Position numbers and translations under genes: made by a program
In this document: positions 18,122-29,267 of the stretch, in pieces
Position numbering within the stretch: the first letter of the stretch is position 1
Layout of the letters: each line of letters opens with the position of its first letter
Notes under the pieces: model-generated
Database searches by the model: none
Told to the model about the DNA's origin: nothing
The model's input: only the letters and a program-made list of their open reading frames with translations
Assembly (NCBI GenBank): GCA_007376805.1
Contig: VMGX01000001.1
Coordinates: 70,461-134,460 of the forward strand
Source of the DNA: Parcubacteria group bacterium Athens0714_16
Lineage (GTDB): Bacteria; Patescibacteriota; Minisyncoccia; Phycocordibacterales; 21-14-all-36-13
Length of the DNA: 64,000 bases
Direction: 5' to 3'

Positions 18122-18505
18122 CATGGCCACAAAGGCCTAGGGTCAAACCATGTAGTGTGGAATTTGTTCGTTTCTGCTCGTCCTCAAATCCAGGACCCAA
18201 TCTGGTTATCTGATTTTCGAGACAGTACAACCCTTAAACAATTCCGAATGATCGAGTGTTTCACTATAATTTTAAATATTTCATTTCGGGTTTGCACTCC
18301 ATATTTAAAATTTCTAGCTATCCCTGTCTAGCGGGAACCCATAGGAACCTAAGTAAAGATTTTCATTCTCTCCCCGTCCCATGAGAGAGAACATCGATGA
18401 ATTTGGGACAAAAGTCCATATCACTATTCTTATTTGTCCCATCTAAGAATAATGAACCGTAGATACATTATAGCAGATACAAAAAATGTGTCAATACGCA
18501 AAAAT

Positions 18506-18796
18506 TTAATCACTCAAATATTTGTGCATAGTAGTATCTTCCGGTATTGTCCATGCTCCTTCACGCAAAGGAATGATGAGTGTCTTTATATAAAAAACTC
18601 TCATGTTTTTATACCGTCTTGATTTTTCTATAACAACGGTACAAACATCTTTTTCATCGGCAGAAACTAATTCTGCAAGTTTTTTTGCATTGGAGTTCAA
18701 CATATCAACGATTTCCTTCACATAAGGAGAATTGTCAGTATATCCGACAACCCAAAATAATATTTTTTCAGAAAGTGAATAAAAAAGATTTTTCAT
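18506..18796 (-). CDS. Hypothetical protein
   Basis: 96-aa ORF, no recognisable motif. Confidence 0.35.
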   Translation of the reverse strand: MKNLFYSLSEKILFWVVGYTDNSPYVKEIVDMLNSNAKKLAELVSADEKDVCTVVIEKSRRYKNMRVFYIKTLIIPLREGAWTIPEDTTMHKYLSD

Positions 18797-19004
18797 TTCA
18801 ACACCTACTTTTGTTTATATTTTATTGAACTTTTCGCTGTATATAATACATGAATATATTATTTTGTCAATATTTAGTAATAGGTTTTCTCATTCTCTAA
18901 TCCAATTTATCCCGTAGCCAACTTGTTGTGGTACTGGGACAGGATTAGAGAATGGAAAAAACAAAAAAATTATGAATTAAAAATCTCATTAAGAGCTTTT
19001 TAAT

Positions 19005-20282
19005 TTAAACATTCATCCCTGCAACATAGCCCGTGGTCCAACAAAGTTGTAAAGAGAAACCCCCCGACGGACGATTGATGTTGAGTAAATCGCCTGTGAT
19101 ATAAAGATTTGGATGAATACGAGAACGCATTGTTCTCATATCAATTTCAGTTAGTAATACTCCACCGTCCGAAACAACTGCCCTATCAAAACCCATCAGA
19201 CCAGTGACCGTGAGTGGCATTGCTTTTAGTAAATCAACAATTTTTTTACGTTCATCTTTTTCTACACTATGAACTTTTTTTTCAAGATCTAAACCTAATT
19301 TAGGAAGTAATAACTCAAGCGCTGGAGATAATCCATGTGGTGCAATTTCTGGTAAAACATTTTTGAGAGTTTTATTTTTATTTTTATTAAAAGTTCTAAC
19401 AATTTCTTTTTCAAGTGCCCCAAGGTCAGTGTGAGGATATGTATCAATTTTTGCAGTAACAACTCCAGCTCTCAATAATTCCTTAACCTGTCGTGCGCTG
19501 TTTAAAATAAGTGGCCCTGACAAACCAAAGTGAGTAAAAAGAATTTTTCCCATTTTACTAAATTTTTTCACACCATCAAGAAAAAAAGTAATTTTCATAA
19601 ATGATAAAGTCACGCCCGACAAATCTTTAACCCATTTTTCACGTACTGCAAAAGGCACAATATCCGGTGATGCTTCTTTAACCTTATGCCCGAGCAATTT
19701 AAGCCAAGCAAAACCATCCCCTGTCGCACCCAACTCTGGATGTGAAAAACCACCTGTCGCTAAAATTAAAGAATTACAAAAATATTTTTCCTTACCAACA
19801 ACAACTCCAGATATTCTGTCATTGTCTTTTTGAATTTTATTAACTCCATGTCCAAGTCTGACAACAACACCATTATCACGCATAAATTTTTCTAACACGC
19901 GGAAAACATCTTCAGCTTTTTGAGTTGAAGGAAAAACACGCTTTCTTGCTTCAGTCACAAGTGGCAAACCACGTTTTTCAAAAAAAGAAAATGTCTCTTT
20001 TACACCAAATCGCGCAAATGCTGAATATAGAAAATCTTTAGCAGTGCCATAATGTCTAATGAAAACTTCATGATCTTCTTCTGCGTTTGTAATATTACAG
20101 CGACCACCACCGGTTGCTTTGAGTTTGTCGCCCAAATGATTATTTTTTTCTATAAGCAAAACACGAAGTCCGCGTTCGCCAGCAAAACCTGAAGCCATCA
20201 TTCCTGATGGCCCTCCTCCTACAACAATAACATCAAATGTATTGTTAGAATTTTTTGAATTTGGACTAGAATTTTTAAACAT
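19005..20282 (-). CDS. HI0933-family NAD(P)/FAD-dependent oxidoreductase (BaiN/aminoacetone oxidase-like)
   Basis: N-terminal dinucleotide-binding VIVVGGGPSGMMASGFAGERGLRVLLIEKN plus GGGRCNITN. Confidence 0.8.
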   Translation of the reverse strand: MFKNSSPNSKNSNNTFDVIVVGGGPSGMMASGFAGERGLRVLLIEKNNHLGDKLKATGGGRCNITNAEEDHEVFIRHYGTAKDFLYSAFARFGVKETFSFFEKRGLPLVTEARKRVFPSTQKAEDVFRVLEKFMRDNGVVVRLGHGVNKIQKDNDRISGVVVGKEKYFCNSLILATGGFSHPELGATGDGFAWLKLLGHKVKEASPDIVPFAVREKWVKDLSGVTLSFMKITFFLDGVKKFSKMGKILFTHFGLSGPLILNSARQVKELLRAGVVTAKIDTYPHTDLGALEKEIVRTFNKNKNKTLKNVLPEIAPHGLSPALELLLPKLGLDLEKKVHSVEKDERKKIVDLLKAMPLTVTGLMGFDRAVVSDGGVLLTEIDMRTMRSRIHPNLYITGDLLNINRPSGGFSLQLCWTTGYVAGMNV

Positions 20283-20292
20283 AAAATAATTA

Positions 20293-20511
20293 TTATTTTA
20301 TGCCTTTTAACTCACTTTCATATTTTTTTGCAATTTCCATCGCAACAGTCATTTGGTCTCTTCCTTTCTTAACCTCTTCCTGAATTTCTTGAGCAATTTT
20401 CATTAAAAGTTCTGGGTTTTCATCAATCATTTTTTCCGCCTTCTCTCTTTGGTCTTCTGGCAACTTCTTCAATTGCATCTTCATTAAATTTTTCATTATA
20501 AAATTTTTCAT
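20293..20511 (-). CDS. Small hypothetical helical protein
   Basis: 72-aa charged ORF. Start overlaps the upstream stop by 4 nt. Confidence 0.35.
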   Translation of the reverse strand: MKNFIMKNLMKMQLKKLPEDQREKAEKMIDENPELLMKIAQEIQEEVKKGRDQMTVAMEIAKKYESELKGIK

Positions 20512-20942
20512 AATATTTCAATTTTTAAATTTTCCGTAAAAACATCTATCCTTAACTTTATCTTTTTAATTATCTCTGTTATCTCCTCTGGATTATGTTT
20601 TTTCGTATCTTTAATATTCCATTGGATAATCTGTTTATTTGGTTTTGTTTTCCCAAAAATCTTTTTAGGCACATCGTCTGCGACTATGACAATCAGATTT
20701 TGCCAAAGGAGAAGTTTACTGCTTAATCCTTGTGGTTTACCTTTCATCGGAACTCCAAGTTTTTTGGCTATTTTTATTGTCTCTAAATTTAATGAAGTCC
20801 CTTTTATTAAACCCGCGGATTTTACTTTTATTTTTTTGTTTTTATTTATTTTTTTAAAATAACCTTCAGCTATTTTGCTTCTGAATCTGTTATATTTACA
20901 TACAAATAACAAATTTATTTGTTTTGAATTTTTAGTATACAT
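20508..20942 (-). CDS. Low-molecular-weight phosphotyrosine phosphatase / ArsC-like protein
   Basis: N-terminal P-loop LLFVCKYNRFRS (CX5R-S). Size 144 aa typical of LMW-PTP. Confidence 0.5.
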   Translation of the reverse strand: MYTKNSKQINLLFVCKYNRFRSKIAEGYFKKINKNKKIKVKSAGLIKGTSLNLETIKIAKKLGVPMKGKPQGLSSKLLLWQNLIVIVADDVPKKIFGKTKPNKQIIQWNIKDTKKHNPEEITEIIKKIKLRIDVFTENLKIEIL

Positions 20943-20978
20943 GTTAAAAAATACTTTCCCTACAGTGAGTTTTTAAAG

Positions 20979-23099
<2,121 letters not shown>

Positions 23100-23299
23100 T
23101 TATGGTTAAAAATAAAAATATCGCCACTTTGCGATGGTGTTATTATAGCAAAAATTCCTTTATTTTGAAAGGAATTTTTGTCATTTCTGTGCATAAATTC
23201 AAAAGCCCTGGGAGGGCTTTTGAATCCATAATGTGGTCGTTTTTTAAGGTATTATTTTAGTTTAAAAAATTATATATTTAAAAACTGACACTCTTCTTG

Positions 23300-23324
23300 A
23301 AAACCTCATTTAGAGGTTTTCAAG
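23300..23324. terminator. Hairpin gaaaacctcatttagaggttttc immediately 3' of the stop of 23325..24866
   Basis: 9-bp perfect stem. A second hairpin is at 23197-23222 (aaagccctgggagggcttt). Confidence 0.5.
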
Positions 23325-24866
23325 TTAAATTACCTTATCTATATAGTAATCCACCGGAGCAAAATCATCAGTTAAAATTGGTACATCTATTTTAATTTCT
23401 TTTTTCCAAACACGTTGTAAATATTTATTCAATTCTGGGTCATTACTACTGAAAATTTGTTTTCCTGCCTGCGCAGGCAGGTCTTTTGTTTTTAATGCTA
23501 TCAAAATTATATTTTGGACTTCTTCTCCATTGTTATTTTCGCCGACTGGAAAAACATAAACGTGCGGGAAAATATTTTTATATGTTGCATATTCAGCTCT
23601 CAAAAATTTTCCACTCTCGCCTTCAATTGAAGAAATGAGATTTAAAACAACAACCCCATTTTCATTTAAAATATCATATTTTTTTTGAACCGCTTCTTTG
23701 GTAGTTAACTGATATGGAATAGAATATCGAGAACCGAAAGCGTCGCCAAAAATAACATCATACTTTTCTTTCCCTACTAAGCGGGCAAGCGTTTTATTTA
23801 AATAAACTCTCCCATCTTCATGATAAATGGTTAATCTTGGATTCTCTTTCAAATTAAAATATTTTTTTGCGAGTTCAGTAATTTTTGAATCAATTTCAAC
23901 AACATCAATCGTTGCATCGGGATATTTTAGTAAATAATCTTTTGGATATGAATACCCGGCCCCACCAAATACTAATGATTTTTTAAAATTGGGATTAAAA
24001 TATTTTGCCAAATGAAAATATTTTGAATATTCGTTTACTAATTCATCACTGTCTAAAAACATAGACGAGTGGTTTTCGTTGTTTATCCCCATTACACGAA
24101 CAATCCTGTCTGTCTTTATGTCTTTGTGTTCAGAAATTAAAATACGATTATAGGTAGTATCAACATCTATAAACCCATTTTTTTCAGATAAAGAATTGAA
24201 TTGGTTAAATGATATCCAGCTGGCCAAAACAAATATCAAGACAAATACTTTTCCTATCAAATTTCGTTTTGAATAAATTAATATGGAAACAATTATTAAA
24301 ACAAAAACTAAAATGAGCAACATCTTATTTGTTCCAAACTGTGGAATTAAATAAAAGCCGGCTAGAAATGTTCCAAATATACTTCCGGCAGTAGACAGTG
24401 CATAAAGCGTTCCTATAGTTGAACCAGATGTATCTAAACTATTTATTTTTAATTTTGCAGAATAAGGAGAAACCATCCCCAACAAAACACTTGTTGGTAA
24501 GAATAAAATTAGAGATGCTAAAACAGAGCCAGTTTTAATATTCAATGAACTGTTTTGTAAAATAAGAAGTAGCGGTTCTTTAATTAAGACAGTTAGACCA
24601 ATAAAAATTGCCGACAAAAAAACAATTAGAGACAAATTAGAAAAACTTGGATTTTTGTCTGCAATTTTTCCACCAAAATAATAGCCTAAACTTAAACTCC
24701 CCAAAATAATTCCAATTAAACTAGTCCAAACAAAAATTGATGTTCCAAAAAATGGCCCAAGCACTCTTGAACCAACAAGCTCAAACACCATAACAACGGC
24801 GCCACAAATAAACACGGATATTTCTAAAATGTATTTTTTCATTTTATTTATAAACAAAAATTGCAA
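23325..24866 (-). CDS. Membrane-anchored spermidine synthase-like (polyamine aminopropyltransferase) protein
   Basis: N-terminal ~220 aa with multiple TM helices. C-terminal methyltransferase-fold spermidine synthase motifs (VVEIDSKITELAKKYF, HEDGRVYL). Confidence 0.7.
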   Translation of the reverse strand: MQFLFINKMKKYILEISVFICGAVVMVFELVGSRVLGPFFGTSIFVWTSLIGIILGSLSLGYYFGGKIADKNPSFSNLSLIVFLSAIFIGLTVLIKEPLLLILQNSSLNIKTGSVLASLILFLPTSVLLGMVSPYSAKLKINSLDTSGSTIGTLYALSTAGSIFGTFLAGFYLIPQFGTNKMLLILVFVLIIVSILIYSKRNLIGKVFVLIFVLASWISFNQFNSLSEKNGFIDVDTTYNRILISEHKDIKTDRIVRVMGINNENHSSMFLDSDELVNEYSKYFHLAKYFNPNFKKSLVFGGAGYSYPKDYLLKYPDATIDVVEIDSKITELAKKYFNLKENPRLTIYHEDGRVYLNKTLARLVGKEKYDVIFGDAFGSRYSIPYQLTTKEAVQKKYDILNENGVVVLNLISSIEGESGKFLRAEYATYKNIFPHVYVFPVGENNNGEEVQNIILIALKTKDLPAQAGKQIFSSNDPELNKYLQRVWKKEIKIDVPILTDDFAPVDYYIDKVI

Positions 24867-25431
24867 ACTTTTTCCACATCTCTAAAAAAATATCTTTTGA
24901 TACAAAAATATTTTTACCTTGTTCTATTGATTCTGAATTTGGTTCATTATAAAAAAAACCTACAATATTTTTGTTTCTCTTTTCATATCCAGTTAAAACA
25001 ATCAAATGACCTCCTTTTTGTTCGTTTACATTTCTAAAAATTGAGACTATTACGGGATTGTTGTTTTTTATTTGTTCACATATTTTGTTTAGTGCATTTT
25101 CAGAAAATGTATTTTCGTGTTCATTTACAAACATATCTTCATTTTCATAATTCATTGAACGACTTCTAAATTCTTGATTATACGAACTGACTCCATAATT
25201 TCTTATCAAAGAAGTTAAAGATTTATGAACCCAATATCCATTTATAAAACCTTTTATAAAGATACCCTCATCAAATAATTTGCTTAGTTTTGGAGTTTCA
25301 AAATCAGTATCTTTATAAAAATAATCTATTATCATTTTTATAGAAACAATTCCACATCCTGATTTTTTCCAATAATCCTCTTCCACGTCTAATATTTGAG
25401 AATAATAAGGTACATCTAATATCTTTTTCAT
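24844..25431 (-). CDS. Peptidase C39-like domain protein
   Basis: VPYYSQ...SGCGIVS pattern typical of C39_2-like cysteine peptidase domains. Confidence 0.45.
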   Translation of the reverse strand: MKKILDVPYYSQILDVEEDYWKKSGCGIVSIKMIIDYFYKDTDFETPKLSKLFDEGIFIKGFINGYWVHKSLTSLIRNYGVSSYNQEFRSRSMNYENEDMFVNEHENTFSENALNKICEQIKNNNPVIVSIFRNVNEQKGGHLIVLTGYEKRNKNIVGFFYNEPNSESIEQGKNIFVSKDIFLEMWKKFAIFVYK

Positions 25432-25440
25432 GATAGAAAA

Positions 25441-27819
25441 TTATCTAACATTCCATCCATTTTTAAAATTTAATTTGGATGTAACGTTTTCCATTATATG
25501 ATTAACTTCTTCATCGGTGAGTGTTTTTTCCTGTGACTGAAAAACTAATCGAAACGCGTATGAAACCTTATCTTCTTTTTTATATTCATCAAATAATTTA
25601 TTTTGAACAAGTAAACTTCCGGCATTTTCTCTGACAATATTTAAAATTTCCTCACTTTTTATTTCGACTGGAACCCAAACGGCAATATCTCTCAAAACGA
25701 AAGGATATTGAGAAATGTTTTTATACTTTATTACTGTATCCTTGTAATTTTCAGAAAATTCTTTAAACAATTTTTCATATGAATTAACTTCTGGAAGTTT
25801 TTCAATTATTTCTTCCAAGTCAACTCTAAAAAAATAACTTTTTCCATCATCAAATTCTGGTGCAATAACTTTTGTTTGTAAAATTTCTAAAAGTTTATTT
25901 TTAATTTCTTCAATATAATCTTTTACATTTTTTATACCTTTTTTTCTTATACCAAAAGACAAAAAGAGTTTTTCTCCAGTTTTTTCATAAATTTTACCTA
26001 TTTCAAAAATTTTTATTTCATCAAGCGCAAGTAAATCAGAATACACTGAATTAAAATCCAAATTTTGATTGAATTGTTTTTTTGTAGTATCTCTCAGAAA
26101 TTTTTTATCAATAGCAAGTGGATTCAATAATTCAACTTCCCCACTATCAACAAATGCATAATTATAAACCTCTGAAAATCCTTCGTTTATAAAAAAGTTT
26201 TTAATTAAGTTTGAATAATAAAATATCTTGTCCTTTTTTGCATCAGAATCCTTTTTTTGTAAATCATAAGAAATATTTTCATAACCAAATATTCTTCCTA
26301 TTTCTTCTGCCAAATCTTCTTTTATTCTAATATCATTTCTATAATAAGGAATCGTTAAAACATATCTTTCTTCATTATCTGTAAATCTTCTATAACCAAC
26401 GATCGTTTTGAAAGAAAGATTATCTTCTATATTCTGAACATCAACTTTATTCCCGTTAAACCTTGAAGTATGTAAAACCTTTCCATCTCCTAAATATAAA
26501 CCACAATGATCAACGCCTTCCTGAACTTTCGTACCTTTTATAAAATCTACCGTTTCATAATGAATTTTTCCATTCCCCGTATTCGAAAAAACGATATCAC
26601 CAAATTGCGCTTCTTTTTCAGAAATTTCTTTTCCAAAAACATATTGGTCAACAGAAACTCTTGGAATTTGTATTCCTGCTTGTGCAAACAAATACGCTGT
26701 TAAAGACGAACAATCAAAATAATTTGGTGCATCAAAACTCACACTTGCGCCAAACTTATACGGCTTACCTTCAAGCGTAGGAATAATTTTTTTAATTTCA
26801 TCAAGTGGTTTTATTTTTTTGTATTCAAAACCAAGTTTATCTAAAATTTTTTCAAATTCCTTTTCTTTAATTTCAGTCCCTAAAATTTTATTAATTTCAT
26901 CAATTGAAATTCCTATTTTGTATGGATTTGATTTTCTTGGATATTCATCCAAAATATCTTCGCTCACTCTACCGCCAGATAATTCAGAAGCGAGTTGAGA
27001 CAATCTTTGCATTGCTATAAAAACCAACTCAGGACTTATGTCTGCTTCAAATCTTTTTGATGCTTCTGTTTGTAATCCTAATTTTTTAGATGTTTTTCTT
27101 ATACTCTTTGGATTAAAACTACACACAGATAAAACAATATTTTTTGTTTTTTCGTCTATACCCGTATCAATTCCTCCTTTTATTCCCGCAATATCAAGTG
27201 GCTTTTTGCCGTCGTGAATTACTAAAATTTCTTCATCCAAAATATAATTATTTTCATCTAAGGTAGTGATTTTTTCACCTTTGTCTGCAAATTTTATTGA
27301 AATATTTTTTTTGTTGTTTGTTCCGATGGCTAATTTATCAAAATCAAAAGCATGAACTGGCTGTCCTGTTTCCATCATTACAAAATTTGTTGTATCAACA
27401 ATATTATTTATTGATTTTTGTCCAAATTTTGATAATTTTTCTTTGAGCCAATCTGGTGACTCTTTTACTTGAACATCAACAACAAGTCGTTTTGTTGCTC
27501 GTCTGCATTCGTTTGGATTTTCAATTTTTAAAGTTAAAAAATCAGATGATTTTAAACTTTTGTCTGTTTGTAATTTATTTAAATCTGGAAATTTTGTTTT
27601 TAAGTCAAAAAGCATTTCTATTTCACGTGTAATCCCAAAATAAGAAAGCGAATCGTGAGCTCTGTTTGGTAATATGTCTATATCAAAAATAAAATCATCT
27701 TTGTCTTTTGAAATTTCAGAAATTTCATATGAATGCATCGTAAGAGTGTCCTTTATTTTTTCAGGACTAGGTAATTTTTCGTCAAAATATTCTTGAAGCC
27801 ACTTATAAGAAATTAACAT
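25441..27819 (-). CDS. pheT: Phenylalanine--tRNA ligase beta subunit carrying an inserted NlpC/P60 domain
   Basis: B1 (MLISYKWLQEYF), B3/4 (NIVDTTNFVMMETGQPVHAFDFDKL), B5 (ISIDEINKILG), B6 entry (LTIPYYRNDIRIKEDLAEEIGRIFGYENI). Residues ~355-470 between B5 and B6 are NlpC/P60-like (FDCSSLTAYLF...GDIVF...HCGLYLGDGKVLHTS). Confidence 0.9.
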   Translation of the reverse strand: MLISYKWLQEYFDEKLPSPEKIKDTLTMHSYEISEISKDKDDFIFDIDILPNRAHDSLSYFGITREIEMLFDLKTKFPDLNKLQTDKSLKSSDFLTLKIENPNECRRATKRLVVDVQVKESPDWLKEKLSKFGQKSINNIVDTTNFVMMETGQPVHAFDFDKLAIGTNNKKNISIKFADKGEKITTLDENNYILDEEILVIHDGKKPLDIAGIKGGIDTGIDEKTKNIVLSVCSFNPKSIRKTSKKLGLQTEASKRFEADISPELVFIAMQRLSQLASELSGGRVSEDILDEYPRKSNPYKIGISIDEINKILGTEIKEKEFEKILDKLGFEYKKIKPLDEIKKIIPTLEGKPYKFGASVSFDAPNYFDCSSLTAYLFAQAGIQIPRVSVDQYVFGKEISEKEAQFGDIVFSNTGNGKIHYETVDFIKGTKVQEGVDHCGLYLGDGKVLHTSRFNGNKVDVQNIEDNLSFKTIVGYRRFTDNEERYVLTIPYYRNDIRIKEDLAEEIGRIFGYENISYDLQKKDSDAKKDKIFYYSNLIKNFFINEGFSEVYNYAFVDSGEVELLNPLAIDKKFLRDTTKKQFNQNLDFNSVYSDLLALDEIKIFEIGKIYEKTGEKLFLSFGIRKKGIKNVKDYIEEIKNKLLEILQTKVIAPEFDDGKSYFFRVDLEEIIEKLPEVNSYEKLFKEFSENYKDTVIKYKNISQYPFVLRDIAVWVPVEIKSEEILNIVRENAGSLLVQNKLFDEYKKEDKVSYAFRLVFQSQEKTLTDEEVNHIMENVTSKLNFKNGWNVR

Positions 27820-27841
27820 AATTGATTTTTAATTTATCTTT

Positions 27842-28672
27842 CTAAAATTGATTTACCAATCTCAAATCTCCAGAATAAAGCATCCTTATATCTGGAATTT
27901 CGTATTTAAGCATAACCAATCTGTCTATACCAACCCCAAATGCGAAACCCTGCCACTCTTGTGGATTAATCCCACAATTTTCTAAAACCTTTGGATGAAC
28001 CATGCCCGCACCCATTATTTCTATCCACCCGGTTCCCTTACATATTGAACAACTTGAATTTATTTTTTTATCTTTTGCACATTTAAAACATGTCATATCA
28101 ACTTCAAGTCCCGGTTCAACGAATGGGAAATAACTTGGTCGAAAACGAATATCAATTTTTGCTTCAAAAAATTTTTCTAAAAATTCCTTCAAAACACCTC
28201 TAAGATTAGCGAGTGTAGTATTTGGAGTAATCATAAGTCCTTCCAATTGATAAAACTGTGCTTCATGTGTTGCATCCGTTGCTTCATATCTAAAACATTT
28301 TCCGGGAGCAATAATTTTTATAGGAGGTTTATTTTTCTCCATATATCTAATCTGAACAGGAGAAGTGTGTGTTCTTAACAACGCAGATTCTCGCAGATTT
28401 TCACGCAGATTTACGCCAATGTTTTTATCTGCATTCATCTGCGTTTTTTTATCTGCGTTTATCTGCGTCTTAATCCAAAAGGTATCCCACATATCTCGTG
28501 CTGGATGATTTGCAGGAATATTTAGTGCATCAAAATTATGATATTCATCTTCCATGTGTGGCCCATCCACTATTTCAAATCCCAAATCATCAAATATTTG
28601 AGCTATTTTCATCATTGCCAATGACAATGGATGATAATGTCCTTTTTCTTTGTTTTTGTCTTGTGGCTCCAT
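27842..28672 (-). CDS. pheS: Phenylalanine--tRNA ligase alpha subunit (short form lacking N-terminal coiled coil)
   Basis: HPARDMWDTFWI, FRPSYFPFVEPGLEVDM, GAGMVHPKVLENCGI motifs. Contains the NADK-repeat insertion. Confidence 0.85.
   Translation of the reverse strand: MEPQDKNKEKGHYHPLSLAMMKIAQIFDDLGFEIVDGPHMEDEYHNFDALNIPANHPARDMWDTFWIKTQINADKKTQMNADKNIGVNLRENLRESALLRTHTSPVQIRYMEKNKPPIKIIAPGKCFRYEATDATHEAQFYQLEGLMITPNTTLANLRGVLKEFLEKFFEAKIDIRFRPSYFPFVEPGLEVDMTCFKCAKDKKINSSCSICKGTGWIEIMGAGMVHPKVLENCGINPQEWQGFAFGVGIDRLVMLKYEIPDIRMLYSGDLRLVNQF
28384..28478. repeat. ATCTGCG iteron array in inverted arrangement (3x CGCAGAT then 4x ATCTGCG) inside pheS, translated in-frame (INADKKTQMNADKNIGVNLRENLRES)
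   Basis: Direct reading of cgcagattctcgcagattttcacgcagatttacgccaatgtttttatctgcattcatctgcgtttttttatctgcgtttatctgcg. Confidence 0.7.
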
Positions 28673-28740
28673 TACAATAACAATTCTATATCAAATTTAT
28701 TTATTTTCAAAATAAAAATATTTTCTTGATAAGTTGTAAT

Positions 28741-28778
28741 TTTGTCTCAATTTACGCTATAGCGTAAATTGAGACAAA
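28741..28778. promoter_or_regulatory. Perfect 38-bp palindrome tttgtctcaATTTACGCTATAGCGTAAATtgagacaaa
   Basis: Perfect dyad symmetry. Shares the 20-bp core ATTTACGCTATAGCGTAAAT with the palindrome at 29166-29199 on the other side of ORF 28782..29147. Confidence 0.6.
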
Positions 28779-28781
28779 AAA

Positions 28782-29147
28782 TTAATTATCTTCAATTGGT
28801 TTATTTAATTTAAATATTCTAAATTTATCTTTCAAGCCAATTTCTTGTAAATAATTAATGAAATATTTGGGTAGCGGTGATGGCCCAGCCCAAACACTTC
28901 TCTGTATCAAAATAAAACCAAGATTTATTAATTGGCGACGAAACCAATCTCTTTCCCTTTTTAAGGTATCCGGTATGTCATACACTAAAAGTAAATTTTT
29001 AGGACTATTTTCCTTCAAATCAGATGTAAATGAATTAAGATATTCTCTTTTAATATATTTTCTTTTTTTCTCACAATTGTTAGAAACAGGGATTCCTATT
29101 AAATTTACCGTTAATCCTTTATATTTAAATTTTTTTCTTTCAGCCAT
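28782..29147 (-). CDS. Small Cas2/VapD-fold-like hypothetical protein
   Basis: LLVYDIPDTLKRERDWFRRQLINLGFILIQRSVW resembles the Cas2/VapD core pattern (VYDI..RR..v.k.L..yG.r.Q.SV). No CRISPR array or cas1 nearby. Confidence 0.35.
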   Translation of the reverse strand: MAERKKFKYKGLTVNLIGIPVSNNCEKKRKYIKREYLNSFTSDLKENSPKNLLLVYDIPDTLKRERDWFRRQLINLGFILIQRSVWAGPSPLPKYFINYLQEIGLKDKFRIFKLNKPIEDN

Positions 29148-29165
29148 AATGAATCATTATATCAA

Positions 29166-29199
29166 AATCCCCATTTACGCTATAGCGTAAATGGGGATT
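29166..29199. promoter_or_regulatory. Perfect 34-bp palindrome aatccccATTTACGCTATAGCGTAAATggggatt
   Basis: Perfect dyad symmetry. Same 20-bp core as 28741-28778. Confidence 0.6.
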
Positions 29200-29267
29200 A
29201 AAAATAGTTTCAAAGAAATTTATATATTTTAAAAGTAATTGAAAATTTTGCTATCCACAAATATTAT

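Noticed and set aside
18122-18470. tmRNA / RNase P RNA / SRP RNA identity for the GC-rich structured region
   Set aside because: Could not find tRNA-like T-loop (GGTTCGA), RNase P CR-II (GGAAAGTCCGGGC) or SRP domain IV (GGAAGCAGCC) motifs on either strand by eye. Kept only as an unclassified ncRNA candidate.
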